46,964 nt of DNA from a virus (lineage: Duplodnaviria > Caudoviricetes), in IMG/VR virus record IMGVR_UViG_3300005758_001464, positions 1 to 46,964 of that record; one strand, 5' to 3'. The position numbers and the translations under genes were made by a program. A model generated the notes under the pieces. That model was not told the origin of the DNA. It was given only the letters and a program-made list of their open reading frames with translations, and did no database searches. This document shows, in pieces, positions 7,261 to 17,468 of the stretch (positions are counted from its first letter, which is position 1; every line of letters begins with the position of its first letter).

Positions 7261-7871
7261 TATACACATATAATAATAATTCTGTTTCTATTACTCTACC
7301 CCAACAAAAGCGCATTGGTGTTTTGGTGAGTGGTGGTATCGATAGTGCTATTCTTTATTATTTGCTTCTAAAAGAAAAACAAATCACCAATAGTGATCAC
7401 ATTATATACCCTATAGTTATGTTTAGAAAAGAGGGCTCCAAATATTTTGCAAGACCCATAGTAAAAAAAATACATGAAATTTTCAATATCTCGCTTAACG
7501 CAAAAAGATTCGGAAATAGTGATTTACCGGAAGAGAAACAAATAGAATCCGCGGTAATAGAGTCTATGGAAGTGCTTAGATTAGATACAGTGTATATAGG
7601 CGTAATCAAAAATAGACCCGAACACATGATAGGACTAGAGCATATTCCTGTTCCAAAAACCCCATTAATACAAACACCCTTCATCGATGTTGAGAAAGAT
7701 TTTATAATAAAATTATATCATGATATGGGCGTCGAACATTTATTAGAATATACACATAGTTGCGACAAAGACGAGTTAATTCACTGCGGCAATTGTAATG
7801 GGTGCAGAGAGCGAAAGTGGGGGTTTTCACGCAACGGATTTACCGACCTTAAAACAACGAAGTTAGAATAA
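7257..7871 (+). CDS. QueC-like PP-loop ATPase
   Basis: VLVSGGIDS PP-loop; THSC...HCGNCNGCRER Zn site. Confidence 0.75.
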   Translation: MIYTYNNNSVSITLPQQKRIGVLVSGGIDSAILYYLLLKEKQITNSDHIIYPIVMFRKEGSKYFARPIVKKIHEIFNISLNAKRFGNSDLPEEKQIESAVIESMEVLRLDTVYIGVIKNRPEHMIGLEHIPVPKTPLIQTPFIDVEKDFIIKLYHDMGVEHLLEYTHSCDKDELIHCGNCNGCRERKWGFSRNGFTDLKTTKLE

Positions 7872-8366
7872 TATTTTAGGCGGGGTTAGTGTTACTGACG
7901 AGCCTTTGGTTAGTATAAATTGTTCCGCACTCTCATATGAATCAAATTTATCAGGTTCTATAAACCCTTCATGTAAAGATACTTTTTGAATGACCCCGAA
8001 TAATTTATACCAAACCCTAACATTAAGATATCCAAAATAATTAGTGTTATATATGGGGTCATTTATCCATTTGTAGTATAAAGAAGAATTTGGAAATATT
8101 ATTTGTATAATGGATTTAGATTTTGTTTGATTTGAAAATTTATATACTTTAGTATTTTTGTAGAAAAACTCTGCCACTGAAGCACACAACTCCAAATACT
8201 CTGAAACCAATATTTTATCCTCATCACTTAAATTTTCATAAGTTTTTGTATTTAGGATTTCTGCTCTATTATCTTCATGTAATGGGCCTATTTCTTCATT
8301 AGTATATTCTTCGGTCAACAACATTGTCAAAAACATAAAATTCTCCAGTATCGTAATATTTAGCAT
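7863..8366 (-). CDS. Hypothetical protein (possible ABM/Dabb-like motif)
   Basis: 167-aa ORF; IIFPNSSLYYKW motif. Confidence 0.5.
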   Translation of the reverse strand: MLNITILENFMFLTMLLTEEYTNEEIGPLHEDNRAEILNTKTYENLSDEDKILVSEYLELCASVAEFFYKNTKVYKFSNQTKSKSIIQIIFPNSSLYYKWINDPIYNTNYFGYLNVRVWYKLFGVIQKVSLHEGFIEPDKFDSYESAEQFILTKGSSVTLTPPKILF

Positions 8367-8441
8367 TAAAAATTTTGAATTTTATTATATTCGTGCAGTA
8401 ATCCTCACATAAATATAAACACTTATTTTTTTAATTACACT

Positions 8442-9194
8442 ATGGCCATAACACACAACGTGCAAGTAAGAAGTTTACAGGCAATAAACCATGGTTTAGC
8501 TATCGTTGGACTTTTTTATGCCATAGTAAACGCTGAATGGTGGCTTCTTTTACTGTCACTGTGCGTATATTGGACTATTGGAATTTTAGGCATAAACATT
8601 GGCTTTCATAGGTTACTAAGTCATCGATCTTTTAATACTTACAAACCTATTTACTATGTTTTAACTGTATTAGGCACACTGACTGCTATGGGCAGCTCGC
8701 TTTCATGGGTAGCTGTTCATAGACAGCATCATAGATACAGCGATACTGATTTGGATCCACACAGCCCTCATAAATTTGGTGCAATTAAAACTTGGTTAGG
8801 ATTTTGGGGAGATATCAAAATAGATATAAGAAACTGCAACGATCTTAGAAAAGATTCGTTTCATAAATTCTTACACAAAAAATATATAATAATTCAATTA
8901 CTATATGTTTCTATTTTGGGTGCTATAGATCCTTTATTAATAATTTTTGTTTATGCTATTCCATCAGTACTAGTATTTCATTCGGCAGGCGCATTTGATG
9001 TAATTGCACACATGCATGGTTATAGAAGTTATGAAACCAAAGACCGTAGTTGCAACAGTTGGATAGCAAATATAATTACCATGGGGGAAGGATGGCATAA
9101 CAATCATCATGCTCGTCCAGGTAATTGGAGCAATTGGGAAAAGTGGTGGGAAGTTGATATCCCCTCGTTGATTATAAGAATAATTAAAAAATGA
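8442..9194 (+). CDS. Membrane fatty-acyl desaturase 1 (delta-9/DesC-like)
   Basis: His boxes HRLLSH, HRQHH, GEGWHNNHH; TM segments; CATAAATA at 8408. Confidence 0.93.
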   Translation: MAITHNVQVRSLQAINHGLAIVGLFYAIVNAEWWLLLLSLCVYWTIGILGINIGFHRLLSHRSFNTYKPIYYVLTVLGTLTAMGSSLSWVAVHRQHHRYSDTDLDPHSPHKFGAIKTWLGFWGDIKIDIRNCNDLRKDSFHKFLHKKYIIIQLLYVSILGAIDPLLIIFVYAIPSVLVFHSAGAFDVIAHMHGYRSYETKDRSCNSWIANIITMGEGWHNNHHARPGNWSNWEKWWEVDIPSLIIRIIKK

Positions 9195-9955
9195 AAAAAT
9201 TTGGTCATAATTTTTGGTTAGTGTTTTTACCATTTCATGTGTTAGCCGTTGTAGCCTTATTCTATATTTGGGACCATTGGGTATCGTTACTAGTACTTTG
9301 GTTTTTAATCGGTGTAATCGGTAATGGTGTAGCAGCCCATAGATATTTTGCCCATGGACAGTTTGAAACTTGGACTCCTGTTAGATGGGTATTAGGTATC
9401 CTAGCAACACTAGCAGCTATAGGTCCTTTAACTTATTGGACTATACAACATAAACTTCATCACTTGCAATCAGACGATCCTTTGGATCCTCATAGCCCAA
9501 ACCAGAATAGTGCATGGAAAGTTTTTTATGCTTGGACTTTTCCGCAAGGTAGCAATGAAGAATATTATCTGCAACATCGATGGGCGAAAAAGATAGCCGT
9601 TCAACAGATGCGAGATCCATTCTTTAAATTTTTTCATCAGCATCATTATAAAATAATTTACTTGTTCTGCATATTATTATTTCTTGTCGATCCTGTTTTA
9701 TTATTAATGTATTGTTTGGCGTATGCGATTGATTTTTTTAGATTAGGTGCGGTGAATTATTGGTGTCATAGAAGTGGATACCGGACATATGAAACTCAAG
9801 ATCAAAGTCGTAACAATGTTTGGTTAGGTTGGTTAGGTATGGGTTTTGGCTGGCATAACACACATCATGCTCATCCTGGAAGATTAGTGCTACAAGATCA
9901 CTGGTGGGAAATCGATATAGAAGGGTATATAGGATGGTTGATAAAAACAAAATAG
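9191..9955 (+). CDS. Membrane fatty-acyl desaturase 2
   Basis: His boxes HRYFAH, HKLHH, GFGWHNTHH. Confidence 0.92.
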   Translation: MKKFGHNFWLVFLPFHVLAVVALFYIWDHWVSLLVLWFLIGVIGNGVAAHRYFAHGQFETWTPVRWVLGILATLAAIGPLTYWTIQHKLHHLQSDDPLDPHSPNQNSAWKVFYAWTFPQGSNEEYYLQHRWAKKIAVQQMRDPFFKFFHQHHYKIIYLFCILLFLVDPVLLLMYCLAYAIDFFRLGAVNYWCHRSGYRTYETQDQSRNNVWLGWLGMGFGWHNTHHAHPGRLVLQDHWWEIDIEGYIGWLIKTK

Positions 9956-10605
9956 CATTAATAACAGGAGGCACCAAAGGAATCGGAAAAGCAATTGCAG
10001 AAAATTTATCCGATGAATATACTGTAATTACGGTTGGAAGAAGCAGTGCTGCAACTGAACAGGGTGATCTTAGGATTGAAAGTTTTAGAAATTATTTGGT
10101 AGAAAAATATACCCCCGAAATTTTTATTAACAATGCTGCTTGCTTGTATCGTAGTCCATTGGCAATGATTGAATCAAACGGAACAGTTCCGGTAGAAATG
10201 CTGTTAAAATTTTATGAAAAAATGCCTAGCGGTATAATAATAAACGTCAGTAGTCAAAGTGCCGAAAGACACGTAAGACCAAATGACGGGTTAGAAAAAA
10301 TCACGTATTCGATAAGCAAGAAATTCTTAAAAGATATGTCGTTGAGCTTAAATTATTCTAAAAATAAACCCATCAAAGTAATGTGCGTGAGTCCCGGAGC
10401 AGTACATACACCTATGCTAGAGTCTCTAACTGATTTCAGACCATCAACTACAGATTATGATAATTTTGATTGGAATAATAGTATTGCATGGACTACTCCT
10501 GAAGAAATGGCTAATGTAGTTAGATGGCTTATTGATTTACCTAAACACATTTGTATACCGGAAATAGTTCTAGACAATCATTATGCTAAAGCAACTTATT
10601 GGTAA
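9934..10605 (+). CDS. SDR oxidoreductase (possible ketoreductase)
   Basis: TGGTKGIG, INNA, NVSS, YSISK, VSPG. Confidence 0.88.
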   Translation: MVDKNKIALITGGTKGIGKAIAENLSDEYTVITVGRSSAATEQGDLRIESFRNYLVEKYTPEIFINNAACLYRSPLAMIESNGTVPVEMLLKFYEKMPSGIIINVSSQSAERHVRPNDGLEKITYSISKKFLKDMSLSLNYSKNKPIKVMCVSPGAVHTPMLESLTDFRPSTTDYDNFDWNNSIAWTTPEEMANVVRWLIDLPKHICIPEIVLDNHYAKATYW

Positions 10606-11732
10606 TTAAAAAAATAAAGTCGCAAGTCTTCGGAATACTCGTCAAAATAGTTTATTTCACTTTGTAGTTTTATTTTTTCAAGTGCACCTTCTTTAAAAGT
10701 TACATTGTCATAAACATAAAACAAATATAAATCATCGTCGTATTCTACATTGTGCGGGATCATTGATGCTGAAAACACCAGTATACTTGTTCGTTCGGTG
10801 ATTTTAAGTTGTTTAGGTTGCTGATCTTTCACTTTATCGTATAATAATGAAGGATCCGAATAATAGTTTAGTAAGTTTGGATCGTCTTTATCTAATGGAT
10901 CGTAAAACTTACTAATGGCTCCGTTACCGTTAAAAGTAAGTCTAACCGCAATAGTGAATGTATATCGTGTTTCTTCCGATAATCGATGCGTATGCAACGT
11001 TAATTCATCACCCAAAGCACTGTGTCCAATTAACACCGCAGCGTTATCACAATCTTTTATATAATTGTTGGCTAGTGATTCTGCGTCTAATGTTAGTTTT
11101 TGTAATTTTCTATATAACCACGGCGCTGTGTACATACAAGTAATGACCGCTTGATCAAAGCTGTATGCTAGTAACTTTGGGAAATTTCCAGTTTTAGTAG
11201 ATTTTTCACTAAGCGGTCTTCTAATAATATCGCTAGTTCTTTCTTTAATAAATCTCGAACCTAATCCTTTAATATTACCGGCTGGCTTAAAATTTCCATT
11301 TCCTACATAATCCCGCAGCGTCCCAATTGGTAAAATATTTTCAATTAAAAACTGTTTATGATACGTGATCAATGACCAGTCTATTAGATCATTTTTGGAA
11401 GGATAATTAACATAGGGGAATGGACTAATGTAATTATCCAATGACGTATATCTTTCAAATTTTACGACGCCTGAATTATGAATGTCGCTGAAAAGAGTTA
11501 CTATTTCGTCGTATCGTTTTCTATGTTTACTAGCCCAAAGTTCATAGTCTTCTTCACTCCAAAATATTACTCTTAATTCAGACACCAATCCGTCAGACGA
11601 TAAATGATTTTCTACTGTAACTACATGCGGGGATCCTATTAGCATAGAAACCAATTCTACTAGCTCTTTTTGTGGATATACTTCTCGTGAGTCCGTAGAA
11701 GATAAAGTCGTTATATTGTAAACAATATACAT
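10596..11732 (-). CDS. Hypothetical protein: N-terminal ABM-like motif, C-terminal cupin-like
   Basis: IFWSEEDYELW; LHTH...IPHNV. Confidence 0.55.
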   Translation of the reverse strand: MYIVYNITTLSSTDSREVYPQKELVELVSMLIGSPHVVTVENHLSSDGLVSELRVIFWSEEDYELWASKHRKRYDEIVTLFSDIHNSGVVKFERYTSLDNYISPFPYVNYPSKNDLIDWSLITYHKQFLIENILPIGTLRDYVGNGNFKPAGNIKGLGSRFIKERTSDIIRRPLSEKSTKTGNFPKLLAYSFDQAVITCMYTAPWLYRKLQKLTLDAESLANNYIKDCDNAAVLIGHSALGDELTLHTHRLSEETRYTFTIAVRLTFNGNGAISKFYDPLDKDDPNLLNYYSDPSLLYDKVKDQQPKQLKITERTSILVFSASMIPHNVEYDDDLYLFYVYDNVTFKEGALEKIKLQSEINYFDEYSEDLRLYFFNYQ

Positions 11733-11733
11733 A

Positions 11734-12102
11734 TCAAACTCGGTTATTATATTCTGTTAGCGGAAAAGAATTCAGAGAATTCATTATACAAGGTTCTTCT
11801 ACATACCTATTAATAGTTACACCAAAATCTTCTAGCTTTTTTATTAAAGTAGTCAACATAGAATCGTGTATTTCACCAAATTCATCGTTCCATTGTAAAT
11901 AAGCAGTTTTATCGTAAAAATTTAAAAAGGCTTCTATATAAGAATTATTATTGAGCACTTCCCATTTTTTTGAGGATATGTAGGGGCTATGATCCGGAAA
12001 GCATACATGCTGAATAATAGTAAATTCAGGTATTTCCTGAAGAATCGCTAAAACATCTGAATTAGGTTTTTCAAAAGTTGTTACAGTTTTGAACTCTGTC
12101 AT
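11734..12102 (-). CDS. Hypothetical protein (ABM/Dabb-like motif)
   Basis: FYDKTAYLQW, similar to the N-terminus of the adjacent gene. Confidence 0.55.
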   Translation of the reverse strand: MTEFKTVTTFEKPNSDVLAILQEIPEFTIIQHVCFPDHSPYISSKKWEVLNNNSYIEAFLNFYDKTAYLQWNDEFGEIHDSMLTTLIKKLEDFGVTINRYVEEPCIMNSLNSFPLTEYNNRV

Positions 12103-12168
12103 AAAATAGTTTATTTTTCTTTGAGTATTTATTTGTTAGTAAATAGATAAACATAAATTTGACAAACC

Positions 12169-12768
12169 ATGCATTACCGACCACTTACTATAAAAGACAA
12201 ATCACAGCTAATAGAGTTATTATCATTGCGACCTCAGGTATTTAATGGTTACGCAGATGATAATTACAAAGAGTTTATAATAAGCAAAGTTGATGAATTT
12301 TTTACTGACCGCACTTATTACCTTCCGGGAATTTGGGATGATGACAAATTATTGGGAACAATGATTGCAAAAGAATCTATAGGATCCCCTAGTTGGGTAT
12401 GGGGACATTGGGTGCGGCGGCTAGATGCTTCACAAAAATTATATACGGCAGAAGGAATTAATATTTTAAAACAGGCCGATGTTGAAATTTTCAACGAGAT
12501 GGAAATTAATAGAAAATTAAATAGATTTTTTGTGGCCTATAAAATAGATATTCAAGAAAACAATACGTTAAAAAATGCAGGAATGAGTGATCGGTTATTC
12601 AATCGAATGAGTAAAAGTAATTTTAGAGTAGCCAAATATAAATTTATGACTGATTGTGTGGTTAAGGCTGGGACGGAAGCTAAGTATGGTTATCAAAGAG
12701 CCATTCTAGCTGATAGGATTTGGCCCTTTGATGTAGCTATTCGAATGGGTGTGTTATTCGAGGCTTAA
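12169..12768 (+). CDS. Hypothetical protein, possible GNAT fold
   Basis: YRPLTIKD start and GIWDDDKLLG strand pattern typical of GNATs; weak. Confidence 0.5.
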   Translation: MHYRPLTIKDKSQLIELLSLRPQVFNGYADDNYKEFIISKVDEFFTDRTYYLPGIWDDDKLLGTMIAKESIGSPSWVWGHWVRRLDASQKLYTAEGINILKQADVEIFNEMEINRKLNRFFVAYKIDIQENNTLKNAGMSDRLFNRMSKSNFRVAKYKFMTDCVVKAGTEAKYGYQRAILADRIWPFDVAIRMGVLFEA

Positions 12769-13092
12769 TGGCTCGAACTCTTCACCGGTGTCACCATCTA
12801 TTACGATAAATTGAATATCGTGTCTTAGTACTTCTACTTCAAACCGGCTCCAAAACATCTTTCGCATAGGGTGTTTCTGGGCCTCTTCGAAGTGCTCTTT
12901 ACTTTCCCAATTGGTAGTTATTTCCCATCGCTCGTTATCAAAATGTGTGTCTTCTGCACTTATAAAACCAGGCATTTTTACACTATAATTTTTCATCAAC
13001 TGCTCAAATGGTAACCCCTGAGTAGTTACTATTCTAAACCTTTGCATTTTTGGTTCATCTAAACATTTTAACTTGTAGTATCTCGTGTACAT
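12754..13092 (-). CDS. ABM-family (dimeric alpha+beta barrel) protein
   Basis: MPGFISAE...TTNWESKEHFEEAQKHP. Confidence 0.65.
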   Translation of the reverse strand: MYTRYYKLKCLDEPKMQRFRIVTTQGLPFEQLMKNYSVKMPGFISAEDTHFDNERWEITTNWESKEHFEEAQKHPMRKMFWSRFEVEVLRHDIQFIVIDGDTGEEFEPLSLE

Positions 13093-13267
13093 TTTCTTTT
13101 CTCCGCTTTTTATTTAATGACGAATAGCTGTTTCATAAATATTTTTAACATAAAATATGCACCTACTGTAATAAAATTCCGAATAATTTTTATGTTTTTA
13201 CCCAACTCTTTTTAATTTAATCATGCATTTAAACATTATTAAATACATATAATATGGAGAATTTAAT

Positions 13268-13606
13268 ATGTACGGAAGAGTAGTGCGCCTTACACCAAGA
13301 AACCAAAACGAAGCAAGAAAATTGTGCAAAGAGTTCATCGATAACCTATATTTTCATCCAATGTATGAACCTTTGGTAGAAAATTTAAAGCAGCAGGTAG
13401 GATTCGCACACAAAGCAAGTACTGTGTACGAAAGTGCTGAAAAAGTAAAACTGATAACGTCGTTAGCATTTGACACACAAGAAAATTATGAGCTATATGC
13501 CAATGAAGAATCAACACAAGAACTATGGAATTACCTTTTTCTCTTTGCCGACGAAGAGGGATTCGACGTTGATATCGTCGACGGAGAGCAAAATTTAAAT
13601 TTCTAA
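13268..13606 (+). CDS. ABM/Dabb-like small protein
   Basis: QVGF...LAFDTQENYELY; GGAGA RBS. Confidence 0.55.
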   Translation: MYGRVVRLTPRNQNEARKLCKEFIDNLYFHPMYEPLVENLKQQVGFAHKASTVYESAEKVKLITSLAFDTQENYELYANEESTQELWNYLFLFADEEGFDVDIVDGEQNLNF

Positions 13607-14416
13607 TTTATAATTAAGATGGTCCTTGTATTTGTTGACACTTCTTTCTAACAATTCGTCTAATTTGGTTACACTTAAGAATCCATTAATACAAAGTAAT
13701 TGTTTTCTTTTTCCAAAATAATCACTACCGTGTATCTGTGACCCGTTAGACCAACAAAAAGAGTTAGTGTCAAGACCGTCAAGGTCTACATACTGAACAT
13801 CGCCTTCTTCTACGTCACAAGTGTACAATGTGGGAGATTCATTTTCATCGTGTAACATTATTCTGAATTCTGTAGGGCAGTTCCAAAAAAATGTTTGATC
13901 TCTATGGGGAAGAACTTCTTTAGTGCTTTCCCATATATACATATGACTTAAGTGAGCGAATGGAAAATATTCTATTACTTGATCTATAATAGGTTTAAAA
14001 ACAGGATGATCTAAATATTTGTGGGCGAATATTCCTTTTTCATTTTCATAAAATTTTTCAGGCTCAACAGTCCAAATATGCAATCCCTTAAACTGAGGAA
14101 CATAATAATTACTTTTTTTTCCTAAAGGATGTTTTTCCTTAGTCCATGGTTCAGCGGTACATGGTTTAAGTCTTACTACGTCGATAGCTTCTTTATCCCA
14201 CACTTCCATAAATTCTTGATAATTAGGGAACTCGATTTTAGGAATGTCCAAAGGCAACCATCTTATATTTCTATATTTTTGGCCAAGCTCTTTCATTTTG
14301 GTGTCATACCATTCAGGTAAATCATACCCGAATGTTGCATTTTGAGTTGTGTGGGTAGCCAAGTTATTTTTTGCTACCTGTTTCCTTACAGTTTCAATCA
14401 TAAGTTTGTTTGGCAT
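13595..14416 (-). CDS. Putative Fe(II)/2OG-type DSBH oxygenase (Asp beta-hydroxylase-like)
   Basis: LPHRD...FRIML...HGSD...KQL; GGGAGA RBS. Confidence 0.55.
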   Translation of the reverse strand: MPNKLMIETVRKQVAKNNLATHTTQNATFGYDLPEWYDTKMKELGQKYRNIRWLPLDIPKIEFPNYQEFMEVWDKEAIDVVRLKPCTAEPWTKEKHPLGKKSNYYVPQFKGLHIWTVEPEKFYENEKGIFAHKYLDHPVFKPIIDQVIEYFPFAHLSHMYIWESTKEVLPHRDQTFFWNCPTEFRIMLHDENESPTLYTCDVEEGDVQYVDLDGLDTNSFCWSNGSQIHGSDYFGKRKQLLCINGFLSVTKLDELLERSVNKYKDHLNYKLEI

Positions 14417-14468
14417 GAGTTCTCCCTATATAATATATTTAGTCGAGGGTGATTTCGCTAAATATTAC

Positions 14469-15929
14469 ATGCACACGGAATTTTTACTTTTAACAAATGT
14501 AGCAAGTCCATTATGGCAAAGAGCGATTGGTGCTTACCAAGTTGCAGACCATTGCAGAAAATTCGGTATTAACTGTCAAGTTTTAGATTTTACTGACTTA
14601 TTTAAGATTGAAGAATTAGAAACGATCATTCTTTCTTTTGTGAATGATCAAACATTAGCCATTGGAATTTCTACTACCTTTTATTATAATCAAGACACTA
14701 AAGGAAAATTTATTAGTGCTAAAAGACATTTCAATCAAATACTCCCCAACAATGTTAGAAATTTACTATATAAAATTAAAAATCAATTTCCTAATTTAAA
14801 AATAATTGGAGGCGGTGCTAACAGTTATCAAATCGAAGAAGATGATCTATTTGACGTTGTGTTTCACGGTTATAGTGAACAAAGTGTAGCAGAATATCTA
14901 CAAGAGTTACAAGGAAAAAGATTAAAAAGAATTTGGCCAAAAAAGAACAATCAAATCATCATCGATGGAAAATCTGCGCATTTTGATATTACCACATTAG
15001 ATCACCGTTGGAGTAAAAATGATTTTATTCTTCCCAGTGAAACATTACCTATTGAAATCAGCAGAGGATGTATCTTTAAATGTAATTTTTGTTCATATCC
15101 ACTTAACGGCAAAAAGAAATTTGACTATCTACGGGATCCTGAATTAATCAGAGAAGAATTAATTTACAATTACGAAAATTTTGGTACTACAAATTATTTT
15201 TTTACTGATGATACTTTTAACGACTCTACTATGAAAATAGAGTTGTTACATAAAGCAATAACAAGCTTGCCATTCAAAATCAAGTTCGTTACTTATTTGA
15301 GACTTGATCTGTTAAATGCCCATAGAGAACAGATACCTTTACTTAAAGAAATGGGTTTAGGTTCTTGTTTCTTTGGAATAGAAACTTTAAATCACGCTAG
15401 TGGTAAAGCTATAGGTAAAGGCATGAACCCTGAACTAGTAAAAAAGTTTTTGCTAGAACTTTATTACGATCATTGGAATGCAGAGATACCATTTACGTGT
15501 AGCTTTATTATCGGGTTGCCCGGGGAGACCATTGAGTCTGTTAGGGCAACTCATGCTTGGTGCAAAACCACTCCGTTTAACGACTTATGGTTCCCATTGT
15601 TTATCAAAGCTAAAAGCCATTATAAAAGCGAATTTGACTCTAACTATGAAAAATACGGTTATCAGCTAGATAGTGAAGGAAATTGGTACACCGACATTAT
15701 GACTTATCAACAAGCATTAGAGGTAGCAGAAGAATTTAACGGCATAGGGCTATATAATGAAAATACCCCCAGCAGCTGGTTACTGTTTAGTTTGTTAAGT
15801 TATGGATTTACTATTAATGAAATTAAGGATACTAAAATCCAAGAACTTCATTGGCCTAGTATCCTTTTGAAAAAGTTTAAACTGTTTAAACAATACAAAG
15901 ATTTAGTTTTTAAAGCGATTCAAAAATAG
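14469..15929 (+). CDS. B12-binding-domain radical SAM enzyme
   Basis: KIIGGG N-terminal domain; EISRGCIFKCNFC; DDTFN; GIET; FIIGLPGET; start taken at ATG 14469. Confidence 0.9.
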   Translation: MHTEFLLLTNVASPLWQRAIGAYQVADHCRKFGINCQVLDFTDLFKIEELETIILSFVNDQTLAIGISTTFYYNQDTKGKFISAKRHFNQILPNNVRNLLYKIKNQFPNLKIIGGGANSYQIEEDDLFDVVFHGYSEQSVAEYLQELQGKRLKRIWPKKNNQIIIDGKSAHFDITTLDHRWSKNDFILPSETLPIEISRGCIFKCNFCSYPLNGKKKFDYLRDPELIREELIYNYENFGTTNYFFTDDTFNDSTMKIELLHKAITSLPFKIKFVTYLRLDLLNAHREQIPLLKEMGLGSCFFGIETLNHASGKAIGKGMNPELVKKFLLELYYDHWNAEIPFTCSFIIGLPGETIESVRATHAWCKTTPFNDLWFPLFIKAKSHYKSEFDSNYEKYGYQLDSEGNWYTDIMTYQQALEVAEEFNGIGLYNENTPSSWLLFSLLSYGFTINEIKDTKIQELHWPSILLKKFKLFKQYKDLVFKAIQK

Positions 15930-17085
15930 TAATATTGGTTCTACCACCAAAACCAAAACTAGCTTTCATAAAAATATTACCGTTCAATTTAGTTTGTTCG
16001 GTTATAATTCTAGCATCATCAGATAATGGTTCAGTTAGATTATAGTTAGGATGCAGGAATCCATTTTTTACAGCCTCAAGTCCATACGCACTTTCTATTA
16101 GACCACATGCGCTCATCGTGTGTCCTATATATCCTTTAAAAGAAACTATAGGAATATCAATGTCTTCGAATGCTTTTTGAAAAACGTCAACTTCAATATC
16201 ATCGCCGACAAGTGTGCTTGTGGCATGAGCATTAAAGAACGCTATATCTTTGGCAGTCAGGTTAGCCTGACTTAATGCTTGGTTTATTAGTTTTAATTGA
16301 TTCTCGCAAGTTTTGTCATGTGCAGTCATACTGGTAACTTTAGCTCCGCTGACAATGGATCTTATCTTTGCTTTCGGAGTTAAATTATTTCTTACCAATG
16401 TTTCTTCGTCGCACACAAACCAAAGTGTACCACCTTCACCTTGTAAAAAACCGTCTCTTTTTTTATCAAAGGGAGCGCAGTTTCCTCCGTTTAGAGTAGA
16501 AATAGCACTGGTGCATTGCCAATGATATTGCATTACTGGAAGTATCGGCATGTCTGCATTTCCCACTAAGGCAGCAGATGTTTGACCCGTTTGAATAAGC
16601 ATAACTGCAAGATGCAGATTAAACATACTGCTAGTACATGCGCCATTTAAACTAGTATTAATTCCTTCTAATTTAATTTTACCTGCAACCAACGCCGATA
16701 GTAAATCGTGATTTCCTTGAAACAATTTAGTAGGACTGAATCTTGTTGCATTCGACTCAAATGCAGCCATAAATTCATCACGAATTTTTAAACCCGAAGA
16801 AAATGAGCCAAACACTACCGCAGAATCTTTAGGAATATGGGATTCTACCTCATATTTAGAACTAATTTCATTGCACAAATCTACCGTTATTTTGTATGTG
16901 CTATAATCTGAATCGACATAACTCATATGATATCCTTTTTTGCAAAGGACATTTGAATATTCTTCATGATTATATCTTAGCGGCAGCGTCGCGCCCGGAG
17001 TATTGGGCATGTTTAGGTAGTTAGCAGATACGTCGGTACCTAAACAGTCTTTAACCAAATAATCTACGATATAAACGTCTTTCAT
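15910..17085 (-). CDS. Beta-ketoacyl-ACP synthase (FabF/FabB-like, divergent)
   Basis: GACTSS catalytic Cys, NAHATST and KGYIGHT His, PFD..RDGF..GEG, SFGFGG. Confidence 0.93.
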   Translation of the reverse strand: MKDVYIVDYLVKDCLGTDVSANYLNMPNTPGATLPLRYNHEEYSNVLCKKGYHMSYVDSDYSTYKITVDLCNEISSKYEVESHIPKDSAVVFGSFSSGLKIRDEFMAAFESNATRFSPTKLFQGNHDLLSALVAGKIKLEGINTSLNGACTSSMFNLHLAVMLIQTGQTSAALVGNADMPILPVMQYHWQCTSAISTLNGGNCAPFDKKRDGFLQGEGGTLWFVCDEETLVRNNLTPKAKIRSIVSGAKVTSMTAHDKTCENQLKLINQALSQANLTAKDIAFFNAHATSTLVGDDIEVDVFQKAFEDIDIPIVSFKGYIGHTMSACGLIESAYGLEAVKNGFLHPNYNLTEPLSDDARIITEQTKLNGNIFMKASFGFGGRTNITIFESL

Positions 17086-17445
17086 TTATTTCTTTTTAAT
17101 TTTAGTAGGATCTTGGCTATCAGTGATATACCCAACCAAATCAGACCAAACAAGAAGTTTTGCAATTTCTTGATCATCAATCGTTGCGCCAAATTCTTCT
17201 TCAACTTGAATGATAAGTTCCAATATATCAATACTGTCTATTTCTAGATTTTTTTTCTTAAGATCGGCTAGTTCTTCGGGTAATCCCTCTATTTCTGTAT
17301 TATTGACTAGTCGAAGATCCTTAATGGATAAGTCCGGCGGCAAAGGATATTCAAGTTCTAGATTCAAATATTCATTTATCATTGAAATGAATTTTTTTTC
17401 AACCTGTTCTTTGGTAAGTGGGGTCCAATTTTCTGTAGTACTCAT
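17086..17445 (-). CDS. Acyl carrier protein 1 (extended)
   Basis: EIDSIDILELIIQVEEEFG; acidic; AGGAGA RBS. Confidence 0.88.
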   Translation of the reverse strand: MSTTENWTPLTKEQVEKKFISMINEYLNLELEYPLPPDLSIKDLRLVNNTEIEGLPEELADLKKKNLEIDSIDILELIIQVEEEFGATIDDQEIAKLLVWSDLVGYITDSQDPTKIKKK

Positions 17446-17468
17446 GTTTTCTCCTGTGCGTATATTTA

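Noticed and set aside
14349-14468. N-terminal extension of the radical SAM ORF
   Set aside because: Overlaps the divergent gene and its RBS; ATG 14469 fits better
15910-17445. ACP-KAS read-through fusion (in-frame TAA-ATG)
   Set aside because: Both are complete stand-alone type II proteins; translational coupling suffices
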